DNA of 63,345 nucleotides from Campylobacteraceae bacterium (GTDB lineage Bacteria > Campylobacterota > Campylobacteria > Campylobacterales > Sulfurovaceae). The stretch spans positions 1 through 63,345 of the forward strand of contig JALTGP010000208.1 in assembly GCA_027076905.1 (NCBI GenBank), in the 5' to 3' direction. A model generated the notes under the pieces. The model had not been told where the DNA came from. It worked only from the letters and a program-made list of their open reading frames with translations, and did no database searches. A program made the position numbers and the translations under genes. Within the stretch, counting starts at the first letter, position 1, and each line of letters starts with the position of its first letter. Below are positions 47,441-59,204 of the stretch, piece by piece.

Positions 47441-47788
47441 TTGATGAATTGGGGAAAAGTTTTTTATATCTTTTTTACACTGATGAGTTTAACCACATCG
47501 GTATCGTTTCTTTATGAGCATACTATTATGGCTCTTTTTGCAGCAGCCAGTATCAATTTTGTCTCTAGTATTCTAAAGTTAGGAGTGCGAAATTTACTCT
47601 CAGCAGAGCTGTTGGCAGGTTCTTTGGTAGCAGATTTACACCTTATCCCCTCATTATGGCTTTTACATTTTGGAGGTGCGGAGAATATAAATTTGATTCG
47701 TGGATTGGTCATTGGTGCTATTATTGCAAATATCTATACCTTGGTTATCTCTATTGTAGAGAGTGCAAAGAGTAAAGAGGATTTTTAA
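47441..47788 (+). CDS. Conserved small membrane protein (DUF6394-like)
   Basis: MNWGKV...LVADLHLIP motif; sits between secF and leuS as in related genomes. Confidence 0.75.
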   Translation: MMNWGKVFYIFFTLMSLTTSVSFLYEHTIMALFAAASINFVSSILKLGVRNLLSAELLAGSLVADLHLIPSLWLLHFGGAENINLIRGLVIGAIIANIYTLVISIVESAKSKEDF

Positions 47789-47800
47789 AATCCTCTTTTA
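47774..47800 (+). terminator. Hairpin overlapping the stop codon, probable terminator
   Basis: aaagaggatttt-t-aaaatcctcttt. Confidence 0.5.
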
Positions 47801-47897
47801 TAGCTAGTACCGTTCATGCTAAGTAAACCCAAATTTAAGGACTAGCCATAGCTAATTAGAGAATAGTACTAGGCTAAAGCCATTAGTTTCTAATTTT

Positions 47898-49286
47898 TTA
47901 AAGAGAGGAGTAGTATCCACCTCTTCTTTTCTTAACCTCTTCTCCTAGTTGGAATACTGCCATTCCATAGTGTGAACTGTGGTTATAGGTTGTAAGAACT
48001 CTAAAATTATGCGTTCCAAACCAAAGCTCATCATGTGAGGCACGGTTGAGTTTAAGTAGAGATACTGGCCCATTATAGCTCATTTTTGTACGAGGTTTAA
48101 TCTTATACTTCTTACGTAGTTTATATTGTGAGTATTTGGTCTTATATCCTGTTTTAAGACGTTTAAAGCGATTTCCATTATATTTTGCCCTAATCGCAAC
48201 TTGACCAATAGAGCTATTCCATCCATTTCTAGCAAAGTAGTTTGCAATACTGCCAATGGCATCCTCTGCGTTCCATAAATCTGTTGTTCCATCCCCATTG
48301 AAATCCACCGCAAAATCAAGATATGAACTGGCAATAAACTGTCCATAGCCCATCGCTCCTGCATTTGAACCCATAAGCTCTGTTGGCTCTAAGTTAGATT
48401 GTCGGGTCATCACTAAAAATTTCTCTAACTGCTTGGTATAAAAGCTGTTTCTTCTATTTGGAAGCATACTTTTGGTGGTAAGTACATCCAAAACTTTTTT
48501 CTTTCCAAAGTTCACCCCGTATGCTGTCTCTATCCCAATAATTCCTACAATATACTCAGCAGGTACACCATACTCAGCCGTAGCTCTTTTAAGTGTGGTT
48601 CGGTGTTTATTCCAAAACTTAATACCTCGTTGTATATTTCTCTCATAGATAAAATTTTGTTTATATCTATCCCATGCACCACTAATATATATAGAGCTAG
48701 GTTCTCTGTATGGTCTAATAAAATTATTGGTATTTTGAGCTTGTGAAAAGACCTCATTGAGATAGCTTCTATCAAAGCCCTGCTCATTAACCATTCTATC
48801 AATAAAGTTTACAAGCATATAATTCCCACTAAAATCACCTTGAATTCCACCTTGTGAAGAATGTTGATATGTTGGTAGGTTATTTTGAACTTCATATTGT
48901 GGTATAGGTTCTAAAAAATTAGGCTCTATTTCTATGGGATTCTGTGAGATAATTGGCATATAAACAACAGGTTGCATCAAGGTTTGTATTATAGGTTCAT
49001 CTCTAACAGGTTCTATATTTGGTTCAGTTAGTTGTATTGTTTGAGCTATTACAGGAGTATTTTTTACGAAAATAGGAGTTTTTATAATTTCAGCACCTAT
49101 TGATGCTTTTGTTACTTTTTTTGCTAATGTTTTAGGCTGAATAGCAACTATATTAAAAGTAGTTTTTTTACTACCTGGAGAGGGATTAGCTTTTACTGTG
49201 GTCATTTTTTTTCTAATGGGCATCTCTTTTGTGCTACAGGCTGAAAAGAGAAGTACTGCTAAAGGTAAAGAGTATATTTTGTTCAT
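47898..49286 (-). CDS. mltB: Lytic murein transglycosylase B lipoprotein with long Pro/Ile-rich N-terminal linker
   Basis: Lipobox FSAC, YGVP...VGIIGIET.YG, GS.AGAMGYGQF, AVDFNGDG and YNHS..Y motifs. Confidence 0.9.
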   Translation of the reverse strand: MNKIYSLPLAVLLFSACSTKEMPIRKKMTTVKANPSPGSKKTTFNIVAIQPKTLAKKVTKASIGAEIIKTPIFVKNTPVIAQTIQLTEPNIEPVRDEPIIQTLMQPVVYMPIISQNPIEIEPNFLEPIPQYEVQNNLPTYQHSSQGGIQGDFSGNYMLVNFIDRMVNEQGFDRSYLNEVFSQAQNTNNFIRPYREPSSIYISGAWDRYKQNFIYERNIQRGIKFWNKHRTTLKRATAEYGVPAEYIVGIIGIETAYGVNFGKKKVLDVLTTKSMLPNRRNSFYTKQLEKFLVMTRQSNLEPTELMGSNAGAMGYGQFIASSYLDFAVDFNGDGTTDLWNAEDAIGSIANYFARNGWNSSIGQVAIRAKYNGNRFKRLKTGYKTKYSQYKLRKKYKIKPRTKMSYNGPVSLLKLNRASHDELWFGTHNFRVLTTYNHSSHYGMAVFQLGEEVKKRRGGYYSSL

Positions 49287-49515
49287 ATGAGTCCTAAAAA
49301 GTTATAATTTTCTTATTCTATTATATAGCTATCTTATTGAATAGAAAGTAAAATTTTATATGAAAAATAGATATTAGTGTATATAAGGTGATTTTTATAA
49401 TATAAAAAAACATTTTATATTAATTTAGTTTTTTACGCTAATACATATTGTATATTTTAAAATCTAATCTAATATTAAGTATAATGCCGTAATTTTAGCT
49501 AATGGAGCAGGTGTA

Positions 49516-51978
49516 ATGGGTTATAATCCAAGTGAGATAGAGACAAAATGGCAAACCAAGTGGAGTGAACAACAGGCATTTGAGCCAAAAGAGGATACAA
49601 CTTTAAAGAAAAAATATATCTTAAGTATGTTCCCTTTTCCAAGTGGGCGTTTACATATGGGTCATGTAAGAAATTACTCTATTGGTGATGCGATGGCAAG
49701 ATACTACAGAAAACAGAACTACAATGTTCTTCACCCAATCGGTTGGGATGCTTTTGGAATGCCTGCTGAAAATGCAGCAATTAAGCATGGAAGACACCCC
49801 AAAGATTGGACTTACTCAAATATTGCATACATGAGAAAAGAGCTAAATAGTTTGGGACTTTCATTTTCGGAAACAAGAGAGTTTGCCACCTGTGATGAGC
49901 TTTATACCAAGTGGGAACAAGAGTTCATCATCAAGATGTTTGAAGAGAAGCTTCTTTATCGCGAATCTACCACGGTTAATTGGTGTGAATCATGTCATAC
50001 TGTTTTGGCAAATGAGCAGGTAGAGGAGGGGTGCTGTTGGCGTTGTGACAATGAAGTAGAGCTTAAAGAGATGCCTGGTTATTATCTTGATATCAAAAAG
50101 TATTCAGATGAGTTGTTAGATGATTTAAAACTTCTTAATGGTAAATGGCCTTCACAAGTTCAGTCTATGCAGAGTAACTGGATAGGTAAATCACAAGGAT
50201 TAGAGTTCTCATTTAAGTTTTCAGATACTTCAAAAGAGAAACTAGATGACAAATTTGAAGGTTTTGAAGTATTTACGACAAGAGCAGATACTGTTTATGG
50301 GGTAACTTACACAGCTTTAGCCCCTGAACACCCTATCGTAAAAGCATTAATTAGAAATTCTTTAATAGATATTGATATTGCAGAGAAAATCACCGCCATG
50401 GGAAATATGACGGAGATTGAAAGAGCAAAAGCAGATAAAGAGGGCTATGACCTTGGACTTACGGTTATTCATCCCTTAACAGGAGAAGAGATACCTGTTT
50501 GGACTGCAAACTTTGTTTTAGCATCGTATGGTGGTGGAGCAGTCATGTCTGTACCAACCCATGATGAACGAGACTTTGAGTTTGCGACCAAATATGAATT
50601 GCCTCTAAAATATGTAATTAGTGGAGATTTGGAATCGGAGGCTCTAGCCCCTAAGAAGGTCTACATAGGAGAGGGAAAACTAATTAATTCCCAAAAGTTC
50701 AATGGCATGAAAAACAGCGAAGCAAAATCAGCTATAATCGAACTTTTCGAAGAGAAAAACTTAGGGAAAGGAACAACCAACTACAAACTAAGAAACTGGG
50801 GAATAAGCCGTCAACGGTACTGGGGAGCACCTATTCCTTTTGTGCATTGTGATGATTGTGGGCTTGTACCTGAAAATGTAGAAAACCTACCAATAGCCTT
50901 GCCTGAAGATGTAGAGATTACAGGGGAGGGTAATCCACTTGCCAATCACCCAATATGGTCAAAATGTGCTTGTCCTAAGTGTGGATGCGAAGCCAAGCGT
51001 GAGACCGATACACTAGATACTTTTGTACAGTCAAGTTGGTATCAGTTCCGTTATGCAACCAACCCTAAAAAATGGAATAGTTGTGGGATAGATAAAGAGG
51101 ATGTAAACTATTGGTTAGGAGTTGACCAATACATCGGTGGAATTGAACACGCAATTTTACACCTTTTGTATGCACGATTTTTTACCAAAGCACTTAGAGA
51201 TTTAGGATTTATAGAGAATATCAAAGAGCCATTTGAAAACCTATTAACTCAAGGAATGGTACTCATGGACGGTTCAAAAATGTCTAAATCAAAAGGAAAT
51301 ACAATTGACCCTGATTCTCTCATAGAGAAGTATGGAGCCGATACAGCAAGGCTTTTTACTCTGTTTGCTGCCCCACCACAAAAAGAGCTAGAGTGGAATG
51401 ATAGTGCTGTTGAGGGTGCTTTTAGGTTTATTAAAAAACTTTACGATAGACGAAAAAAAGTAAGCTCCAACAGTAAGCCGATAATCGACCATGCCTCTTT
51501 AAATAAAGAGGAGAAACTAGCAAGAGTAAAAGTTTATGAAGCACTAAAAAAATCGGTAGATGTTTATGAAAAAACCTTTGCATTTAATACCTTAATTGCA
51601 AGTTGTATGGAAGCCTTAAATGCACTGGACAAGCAAGAGAATAAACAAGTTTGGACAGAAGGACTATATATTATTACCCATCTATTAGAGCCAATTATTC
51701 CTCATGTCTGTGCAGAACTTAGTGAAGAGCTTTTTGAGTCTAAAAATCTAATAGGTGGAAAGATAGAGATACTTGAAGAGGTCTTTGTGCAAGATACCAT
51801 TACTTTGGGTGTGGCTGTCAATGGTAAACGAAGAGCTGAAATAGAAGTAGATGCAGGGGCTTCAAAAGAGGAGATAATCCAACAAGCCAAAGCAAGTATC
51901 TCTAAGTGGTTAGAGGGTAAAAATGTTGTTAAAGAGATTTTAGTTCCTAAGAAAATGGTTAACTTGGTAGTTAAATAA
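49516..51978 (+). CDS. leuS: Leucyl-tRNA synthetase
   Basis: [23 protein letters not shown] and KMSKS motifs. Confidence 0.98.
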   Translation: MGYNPSEIETKWQTKWSEQQAFEPKEDTTLKKKYILSMFPFPSGRLHMGHVRNYSIGDAMARYYRKQNYNVLHPIGWDAFGMPAENAAIKHGRHPKDWTYSNIAYMRKELNSLGLSFSETREFATCDELYTKWEQEFIIKMFEEKLLYRESTTVNWCESCHTVLANEQVEEGCCWRCDNEVELKEMPGYYLDIKKYSDELLDDLKLLNGKWPSQVQSMQSNWIGKSQGLEFSFKFSDTSKEKLDDKFEGFEVFTTRADTVYGVTYTALAPEHPIVKALIRNSLIDIDIAEKITAMGNMTEIERAKADKEGYDLGLTVIHPLTGEEIPVWTANFVLASYGGGAVMSVPTHDERDFEFATKYELPLKYVISGDLESEALAPKKVYIGEGKLINSQKFNGMKNSEAKSAIIELFEEKNLGKGTTNYKLRNWGISRQRYWGAPIPFVHCDDCGLVPENVENLPIALPEDVEITGEGNPLANHPIWSKCACPKCGCEAKRETDTLDTFVQSSWYQFRYATNPKKWNSCGIDKEDVNYWLGVDQYIGGIEHAILHLLYARFFTKALRDLGFIENIKEPFENLLTQGMVLMDGSKMSKSKGNTIDPDSLIEKYGADTARLFTLFAAPPQKELEWNDSAVEGAFRFIKKLYDRRKKVSSNSKPIIDHASLNKEEKLARVKVYEALKKSVDVYEKTFAFNTLIASCMEALNALDKQENKQVWTEGLYIITHLLEPIIPHVCAELSEELFESKNLIGGKIEILEEVFVQDTITLGVAVNGKRRAEIEVDAGASKEEIIQQAKASISKWLEGKNVVKEILVPKKMVNLVVK

Positions 51979-52011
51979 AATAGGTTATAATTCCAACCAA
52001 AAGAGTGTAAA

Positions 52012-52692
52012 ATGAAAAATAATATAAATTTAGACGCCTCATGGTTGGCTCATTTAGAAGATGAATTTAATAAACCATATATTAAAAAGTTAAAAAACTT
52101 TTTGATAGAAGAGAAGAGACTTGGAAAAAATATTTTACCAAAATCTTCTCTTTGGTTTAATGCCTTGAACTCTACACCTTTAGAGAGAGTAAAGGTTGTA
52201 ATTTTGGGTCAAGACCCTTATCCAACAGTAGGTCATGCTCATGGACTCTGCTTCTCAGCTCTTCCTGAGGTTAAACCTCTTCCCAAATCATTAATAAATA
52301 TTTATAAAGAATTACAAGAAGATTTAGGTATAGATAATAGTCATACAGCTTATTTACAGCCGTGGGCAGAGCAGGGAGTCTTGCTTTTAAATGCACTTCT
52401 CACCGTAGAAGCAGGAAAATCAAATGCTCATGCAGGGCAAGGTTGGGAAAGATTTACGGATAAAATTATTGAAATTGTGAGTGAAAATTGTCAAAATGTG
52501 GTCTTTGTTTTATGGGGTGCATATGCTCAAAAAAAAGGTGTTTCGATTGATACGAGTAAACATATGATTATCAAATCTGTACATCCTTCTCCCCTATCTG
52601 CCTATCGTGGATTTTGGGGTTCTAAGCCTTTTTCAAGAACAAATAGTTATTTAAAAAGTGTTGGAAAAAATGAGATAGAGTGGAGAGTATAG
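52012..52692 (+). CDS. ung: Uracil-DNA glycosylase
   Basis: GQDPY, GVLLLN and HPSPLSA motifs. Confidence 0.96.
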   Translation: MKNNINLDASWLAHLEDEFNKPYIKKLKNFLIEEKRLGKNILPKSSLWFNALNSTPLERVKVVILGQDPYPTVGHAHGLCFSALPEVKPLPKSLINIYKELQEDLGIDNSHTAYLQPWAEQGVLLLNALLTVEAGKSNAHAGQGWERFTDKIIEIVSENCQNVVFVLWGAYAQKKGVSIDTSKHMIIKSVHPSPLSAYRGFWGSKPFSRTNSYLKSVGKNEIEWRV

Positions 52693-53198
52693 TGCAAAAA
52701 GTATTATTAAGAGTTTTTATACTCTTTTTTTTAACCTCTTGTGGATACAAACCCTCGGCAAACTATACCCCAAAGGTAATAGGTGAAAAGGTTTATACTG
52801 AGGTGGATGTATCACTTTCTGACCCTGAAAACTCTGTTTTGGTCAAAGATGCTCTAAATCGTGCATTGTACCGTCGGCTTAAGAGTTTGGCAACGACCAA
52901 AGAGGAGGCACAGATAAGTATATTGGTCTCTTATCAGTCGATAGGGTTTACCCCTTTGCAGTATAATAAAAATGGGTATGTGGTGCATTATCAAGCTAAT
53001 ATTGTGTTGAACTTTAAGATACTTAAAGGGGAGAGAAAAGAGGAGAGACGGATTGTGGGGCATTATGAGTTTCCTGTCAGACCATCGGCGATTATCTCTA
53101 ATGATTTACGCTTTAAGGCGATTGAGAGAGGGTCGGTGAATGCATTGGACCAGTTTATTGCCTATGTTTCTAGCCGAGGAGTACTCAATGTCAAATAG
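52680..53198 (+). CDS. lptE: LPS assembly lipoprotein LptE-like
   Basis: Lipobox LTSC-GYKP; position between leuS and folC. Confidence 0.75.
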   Translation: MESIVQKVLLRVFILFFLTSCGYKPSANYTPKVIGEKVYTEVDVSLSDPENSVLVKDALNRALYRRLKSLATTKEEAQISILVSYQSIGFTPLQYNKNGYVVHYQANIVLNFKILKGERKEERRIVGHYEFPVRPSAIISNDLRFKAIERGSVNALDQFIAYVSSRGVLNVK

Positions 53199-54360
53199 TA
53201 TTATCTCATTTGAATATTTTATTGAGGAGAAGCCACTTTTCTATAAAAAAATAGACCATAAACGGGTGCATATCGCCTATGCGATATTAGAGCCTCATAT
53301 CCAAAAGCCTATGGTTATTCATCTAGTGGGGACAAATGGAAAAGGGAGTACGGGAAGAGTTATGGCAACCCTTTTACATGAGAGTGGTAAGAGAGTAGGT
53401 CATTTCTCTTCTCCTCATATTTTTAAGTTTAATGAGCGTATTTGGATAGAGGGAGTGGATAGCTCTGATGTCTGTTTGGAGATGGCTCATGCAAAACTTT
53501 ATGCTATTTTGGGGCAAGAGGTAAGCGAGGGGTTGAGCTATTTTGAGTATACCACACTCCTAACATTAGTAGCGATGGAGGAGATGGATATTATTGTGCT
53601 AGAAGCAGGGCTTGGTGGTGAATTTGATGCTACCAATGTGGTGGCTAAGGAGCTGTCTGTTATCACGCCTATTGGAATTGACCATCAGGATTTTTTAGGA
53701 GAGAGTATTGAAGAGATTGCTCGAACAAAGCTCAACTCTATTGACAAAAGAGTGGTTTTAGGAGAACAAAAGTACGCTAAAGTGTGTGAGATATCCCATG
53801 AGATAGCCACCAAAAAGGGGACAGAGGAGTATATGGTAAAGAGTGAAGAGAATAAGGCTCTTTTGGAAATAATAGACTCATTGGGATGGGCTTACTATCT
53901 CTATGAAAACACAAAATTAGCATTAAAAGCCTTGGATATTTTAGCACTTCCTTACTCTCTGCATGATTTAAAAAAGGTAAAACTTTTTGGTCGTTTTTAT
54001 CAATTCTCTTCAAATGTTATTATAGATGTTGGGCATAATCTCTTGGCTGCCGAGGCAATTGTAAAGAATTTAAAAAATAAAAAAGATAAAATAGTTTTAA
54101 TATATAACACGTTAGAGGACAAAGAGTATGAAAAAATATTGACTCTGTTTGCTCCTTTTGTAAAGCGTGTAGAGGTGTTATCAATCACGACACCACGGGC
54201 TGTAAATACTAATATCCTCTATCAAACCCTAGAAAAGTTGTCACTTTCTTATAAAGATTTTACAAATATAAAAGATGAAAATAACTATTTAGTTTTTGGT
54301 TCATTTTATGTTGTCGAGGAATTTATTAGAAGAAATAGTTTAAATCTCAATAATAATTAG
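53188..54360 (+). CDS. folC: Folylpolyglutamate synthase / dihydrofolate synthase
   Basis: GTNGKGST, SPH, EAGLGGEFDATN, DVGHN and FGSFY motifs. ATG 53188 follows GAGGA and is preferred over 53140. Confidence 0.93.
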   Translation: MSNSIISFEYFIEEKPLFYKKIDHKRVHIAYAILEPHIQKPMVIHLVGTNGKGSTGRVMATLLHESGKRVGHFSSPHIFKFNERIWIEGVDSSDVCLEMAHAKLYAILGQEVSEGLSYFEYTTLLTLVAMEEMDIIVLEAGLGGEFDATNVVAKELSVITPIGIDHQDFLGESIEEIARTKLNSIDKRVVLGEQKYAKVCEISHEIATKKGTEEYMVKSEENKALLEIIDSLGWAYYLYENTKLALKALDILALPYSLHDLKKVKLFGRFYQFSSNVIIDVGHNLLAAEAIVKNLKNKKDKIVLIYNTLEDKEYEKILTLFAPFVKRVEVLSITTPRAVNTNILYQTLEKLSLSYKDFTNIKDENNYLVFGSFYVVEEFIRRNSLNLNNN

Positions 54361-54404
54361 TTATAATGTTCTTATATTAAAGTAGAGTTTGAAAAGGAAA
54401 CAAG

Positions 54405-54821
54405 ATGGCATTTTTTGGTAGAAAAAAGAAAAAACCAGTTGCAATGAGTTCAGCAAGTATTATTACACCAGGTACTGCTATCAAAGGTGAGATGAGGTGT
54501 GATGATAATATTCTGATAAATGGGGAGTTTGAAGGTGATATTATCTCACAAGCAGAAGTGGTTGTAGGAAAGACAGGACGCGTATATGGAAATATCCAAT
54601 CTCAAAAGCTTTTGGTCTCTGGTGAGTTTCACGGGAACTATATTGGAGAGGTGATTGATATTATGCCATATGGTAAGGTCTATGGTGATGTAAAAGTTAA
54701 CAATATTGTCATTGAACCCAATGCTGTATTTGAGGGTGAAACCAAAATAGTTTCAGGTCGGGTTACTCCTGAGAATATGAGTGATGTGCATATTTCACAA
54801 CCTAAAAAAATAGGTTATTAG
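54405..54821 (+). CDS. Bactofilin (polymer-forming cytoskeletal protein)
   Basis: II..GT.IKGE...I.GEFEG.I beta-helix repeats; upstream of mfd. Confidence 0.9.
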   Translation: MAFFGRKKKKPVAMSSASIITPGTAIKGEMRCDDNILINGEFEGDIISQAEVVVGKTGRVYGNIQSQKLLVSGEFHGNYIGEVIDIMPYGKVYGDVKVNNIVIEPNAVFEGETKIVSGRVTPENMSDVHISQPKKIGY

Positions 54822-54863
54822 CTAGTAAAAAAGCTAGGTTAATAAAAAAAGAAAAAGAGTTAA

Positions 54864-57860
54864 ATGAAACAATCTGATATTTATGAGTATCTTGAACAAG
54901 AGGATATTCAGATTAAGAACAGGATGCTATTTGTCTGTAAAAATGACAAAGATGCAGAAAAAATTTCCGATACAGCTACACTTCTAAACTACAAAACATT
55001 CACTCTTCCTGATTTACGACTCAGTACAGGTGATGATTTACGTTCATTTCAAATAGAGATATATGAGTTGTTAGAGGCTCTCTATGGATATTATAAAGAG
55101 CATGAAAAAAAACTTCTTATTGCCCCTTTGCGAACACTGCTTTTACCTCTTCCTAAAGAGGAGTTTTTTCCTTCATTCGAGATTGAGTTTGCCTCCACAT
55201 TAAATCTACAAGAGCTAAAAAGCAAACTTTACTATTGGGGATATCATTTTGTAGATATCGTTACCCAAAAGGGAGAGGTCTCTTTTCGTGGGGATATTTT
55301 GGATATCTATTCACTTGGTACAGAGAGTGCTTATCGTATCTCTCTGTTTGATGAGGATGTCGAGAGTATTAGAGTCTTTTCTGTAGATACCCAAAAGAGC
55401 GAAAAAGAGGATATTGAATCTATCGAGATTATCCCTGCACTGCTAGGCTTAGAGCAAGAGCAGTATGAAGTGTGGGAAAAGCGTGTACAAGTTAGTTCAC
55501 TTGACAGTTTTGTAAAAGATATATACAGTTTAGGCTTTTGGTATTTAAATGAGTTGGGTGAGAACTATCTAAAGAGTTTTGAGGCTCTGTTGGTTGAGAG
55601 TATAGATGAGGAGTTAGAGGAGATTTATTCACTAGATGACCCTCTAATAGAGAAATCTGATTTTAGACTCTACTCTATTCCTAAAGCAAAAAAATATCGA
55701 GAGTTAGAGGTTATCAATCCTAACGCAATTATCAAGTCAAATGGAGAAAAAAAGATAACGCTTGTGGCTAAAAATGAGTCTATTATAAGAGGAAGTGAAC
55801 TTCACTCTTTTGAGAATATGCAGTTTGTCTATAAGGATATCATTGTAAACCTTATCTCTGATGATGAGGTTATTATCTCTCTAAACAAGCCAATAAAACG
55901 CAAAAAAGTAAAAAAAGCAAGTATTATCCTAGATGAGCTAAATCTTGGTGACTATGTGGTACATGAGAATCATGGAGTAGGGCTGTTCAAAGGGGTTGAG
56001 AAGCGTGTGGTGCTAGGTTCGACGCGTGAGTTTGTACTTATTATGTATCAAAATGAAGACCTACTTCTTATTCCTGTGGAGCACCTCAATGTGGTGGATA
56101 GGTTTGTGGCAGATTCGGGTGGTACACCTGTTCTTGACAGAATGGGAAAAGCAAGTTTTAGAAAGCTAAAAGGTAAGGTAAAAGAGAAACTTTTTGCCAT
56201 AGCTTCTGAAATTATTAATCTCTCTGCTCAACGGCATCTTAAAAAGGGAATTGTACTTAAAAGAGGTTTGGTAGAGCATCAAATCTTTATGAGTGAAGCA
56301 GGATTTATCCATACCGAAGACCAAGAGGAGGCGATAAATTCCATGCTTGAAGATATGGCAAGTGGAAGGATGATGGATAGACTTCTAAGTGCTGATGTTG
56401 GCTTTGGCAAGACAGAGGTTGCGATGAATGGGATGTTTATCGCCTATAAAAACGGTTATCAGTCGATGATGGTTGCCCCTACTACTTTGCTTAGTTCTCA
56501 ACATTTTAAAAGTATGAAAGAGCGATTTGAAAAATATAATATCAAGATAGGAAAACTGGACAGATTTACTACAGGAAAAGAGAAAAAAGCTCTGTTAGAG
56601 GCTCTTGAAGATGGGCGAGTTGATATAGTTGTGGGAACTCATGCTCTGCTTAAAGCAAAGTTTAAAAATCTGGCTTTTATTATCATAGATGAAGAGCATA
56701 AGTTTGGGGTGAAGCAGAAAGAGGCACTAAAAGAGATAGCAATAAATGTGCATCTCCTCTCTATGTCAGCCACCCCCATTCCACGTTCATTAAATATGGC
56801 ACTCTCCTCTGTTAAAACATTCTCAGAGATACTCACCCCTCCCGTGGAGCGTCAGGGGGTGCGAACGTTTGTCAAAAGTTATGATGATAAAATCATCAAA
56901 GAGGCGATAACCAGAGAGATTAGAAGAGGAGGGCAGATTTTTTATGTTTTTAACTCCATTGCACAGATAGAAGAGAAGCGAAAAGTACTCCATGGGCTAA
57001 TGCCAAGGCTAAGAATCGCAGTGCTTCACTCCAAGATATCAGCCAAACAGACCGAAAAGGATATGGAGCTTTTTGAAGCAGGAGAGTATGATGTGATGCT
57101 CTCCACTTCAATTGTAGAATCAGGTATCCATATGCCTATGGCAAATACCATGATAGTTGATGGAGCTGATAGATTTGGAATTGCTGATTTACACCAATTA
57201 CGAGGGAGAGTAGGGCGAGGTGGAAAAGAGGGTTACTGCTACTTTATGGTCGAAGATAAAGAGCGACTCACTGAAAATGCAAAACGAAGACTTCTAGCCC
57301 TAGAGTCTCATTCTGATTTGGGTTCAGGTGCTGTTCTGGCATTTCATGACCTAGAGATAAGAGGTGGGGGAAATATCATAGGTGAGGCTCAAAGCGGTCA
57401 CATCAAACAGATAGGATATTCTCTTTATCTCCGTATGCTAGAAGATGCCATCAAAGAGCTAAGTGGACAGGTAGAGGATGAAGAGGAGCAACTACAAGTA
57501 GATATAAAGCTCACCATTGATGCCTACCTAAATGAAGAGCTTATCGAAGAGGATAGATTAAGACTAGAGCTATATCGCCGTCTATCCCAATGTGAAACCA
57601 CAGGTGAAGTTTATGAGATAGAGAGCGAAATAGCCGATAGATTTGGAAAACTAGATACGATTTCAAGGCAGTTTATAGATGTAATGGTGATGAAAGTTCT
57701 AGCACGAGAGCGGAAGATTACCAAAGTAGCCAATGCAGGAGAGAAGGTATTTATCGAGTTTAGAGATGGACGTGATAGGGTGATGTTGAAGTCCTATAGC
57801 AAAGATGATGATGATTTAATTGCTGTGGCTATGGGATATTTGAAAAAAAATAATCCCTAG
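54864..57860 (+). CDS. mfd: Transcription-repair coupling factor
   Basis: GDYVVHENHGVG, DVGFGKTEVA, DEEHKFG, SATPIPR and QLRGRVGR motifs. Confidence 0.97.
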   Translation: MKQSDIYEYLEQEDIQIKNRMLFVCKNDKDAEKISDTATLLNYKTFTLPDLRLSTGDDLRSFQIEIYELLEALYGYYKEHEKKLLIAPLRTLLLPLPKEEFFPSFEIEFASTLNLQELKSKLYYWGYHFVDIVTQKGEVSFRGDILDIYSLGTESAYRISLFDEDVESIRVFSVDTQKSEKEDIESIEIIPALLGLEQEQYEVWEKRVQVSSLDSFVKDIYSLGFWYLNELGENYLKSFEALLVESIDEELEEIYSLDDPLIEKSDFRLYSIPKAKKYRELEVINPNAIIKSNGEKKITLVAKNESIIRGSELHSFENMQFVYKDIIVNLISDDEVIISLNKPIKRKKVKKASIILDELNLGDYVVHENHGVGLFKGVEKRVVLGSTREFVLIMYQNEDLLLIPVEHLNVVDRFVADSGGTPVLDRMGKASFRKLKGKVKEKLFAIASEIINLSAQRHLKKGIVLKRGLVEHQIFMSEAGFIHTEDQEEAINSMLEDMASGRMMDRLLSADVGFGKTEVAMNGMFIAYKNGYQSMMVAPTTLLSSQHFKSMKERFEKYNIKIGKLDRFTTGKEKKALLEALEDGRVDIVVGTHALLKAKFKNLAFIIIDEEHKFGVKQKEALKEIAINVHLLSMSATPIPRSLNMALSSVKTFSEILTPPVERQGVRTFVKSYDDKIIKEAITREIRRGGQIFYVFNSIAQIEEKRKVLHGLMPRLRIAVLHSKISAKQTEKDMELFEAGEYDVMLSTSIVESGIHMPMANTMIVDGADRFGIADLHQLRGRVGRGGKEGYCYFMVEDKERLTENAKRRLLALESHSDLGSGAVLAFHDLEIRGGGNIIGEAQSGHIKQIGYSLYLRMLEDAIKELSGQVEDEEEQLQVDIKLTIDAYLNEELIEEDRLRLELYRRLSQCETTGEVYEIESEIADRFGKLDTISRQFIDVMVMKVLARERKITKVANAGEKVFIEFRDGRDRVMLKSYSKDDDDLIAVAMGYLKKNNP

Positions 57861-57863
57861 CCT

Positions 57864-59204
57864 CTAAAAGTTTATAATATGAGAAAAAGTATTTAACAAC
57901 ATCGCTTTTTTCTTGATATCTTTACGCTCTTTTCCTATTTGGGTCGTGGTTAAGATTGCCCTTCCAAAGATACGCTTTTTTTGGTTATTTAACCTAGCCC
58001 CCCAATAGTTATGTAAAATAATAGGCTCTCCTTTTCTCTGCCCCACATAGAGGGTAATATGTCCACCGACATAAAGCAATGAACGAAAAGGTTTCGCTTT
58101 TTTCAATATAACCCTCTTTTTCTTTTTAGATGACATCCATCGAAGTGAAATAACTTTTTTGCCATCATAGCGTTGCTCTCTTGAGTTTCGTCTCAAAAAA
58201 ATTCCAAAAGGGGCAAAAAAATCTCTGGTCATACTTGAACAGTCACGAGCCATCATTTTACCACCCCAACCATAAGGTTCTCCTATTAATTGATTTGAAA
58301 TCATAGCCACGTTATGGGGGGTAAAGGCTATCGGTTTTTTAGCAATTATCCACTTTTTTTGAGCCTTAAGTAGTGTTATTTTGGCATAGCCACTTTTGGT
58401 TTTTGTCGCCATGATATATTTTTTGGTTTTAGCATCTATGGGAAAAATAGTTCCTAGCTTTACAATGCTTTTAAAGCTTCTGTTTCTGATAAATAGGTTA
58501 TCTCTTAGGGTTACGGCATAGTTATTGTTCATAAACTCTTTTTTAAAATATTTAGAGACAAATGCCACATCACTCACAGGTAGCCAACCATAGGCATAAG
58601 TAGAGCGAATATATACCCATTTTTTGTCTTTGGAGTAGTGAGAGACGATTAAAGGGGTATTGATATTAATAGAGGAGTTCTGATTATAATCAAAAGGAAA
58701 TCCCTCTCCTGTTCGTTTTGGATTATAATAAAAATCTTGTTTTGTTGGGTAGATTTTTATATCACTGTGTCTTATGGTAATTGCAGATTTCAATATTGAT
58801 TGATATGCTTTAAAATTGGAGTTTCGTGTTTGGTATTTGAACCATTTTCGAGAAATTCGTGTGCCATAACGCTGATAGATTCTCTGTCTAGCAAAAAAAA
58901 ACTGCCATTTTTTTTGTCTCCAAGAGAGATTCATCTTTTTTTGAAACCAAGGTTTAAAAAATTTTTTATTATAGGTTTTGTCATAACGCTTCTGCTCCCA
59001 TCTGCTCATAGTCTTTACTTGTGATGAAAAAAGAGTGCTATTTTGTTTTATGGTTCGTGTATCAGCCACATTTTTTGATGGCATTTTGTCCAAAAGAGAT
59101 TTGGGTCTGTAGCCTGTTGTTAAGAGCGCCTCCGCAAAAATAGGAAGGCTCAAAGAGAGGAGAATTAACCCAAGGGTTATCTGTTTTATTATTATATTTT
59201 TCAC
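57864..59204 (-). CDS. SH3-domain NlpC/P60 cell-wall peptidase
   Basis: PYGWGG...RDCS and GHITLYVG catalytic motifs; signal peptide; GTG start. Confidence 0.9.
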   Translation of the reverse strand: MKNIIIKQITLGLILLSLSLPIFAEALLTTGYRPKSLLDKMPSKNVADTRTIKQNSTLFSSQVKTMSRWEQKRYDKTYNKKFFKPWFQKKMNLSWRQKKWQFFFARQRIYQRYGTRISRKWFKYQTRNSNFKAYQSILKSAITIRHSDIKIYPTKQDFYYNPKRTGEGFPFDYNQNSSININTPLIVSHYSKDKKWVYIRSTYAYGWLPVSDVAFVSKYFKKEFMNNNYAVTLRDNLFIRNRSFKSIVKLGTIFPIDAKTKKYIMATKTKSGYAKITLLKAQKKWIIAKKPIAFTPHNVAMISNQLIGEPYGWGGKMMARDCSSMTRDFFAPFGIFLRRNSREQRYDGKKVISLRWMSSKKKKRVILKKAKPFRSLLYVGGHITLYVGQRKGEPIILHNYWGARLNNQKKRIFGRAILTTTQIGKERKDIKKKAMLLNTFSHIINF

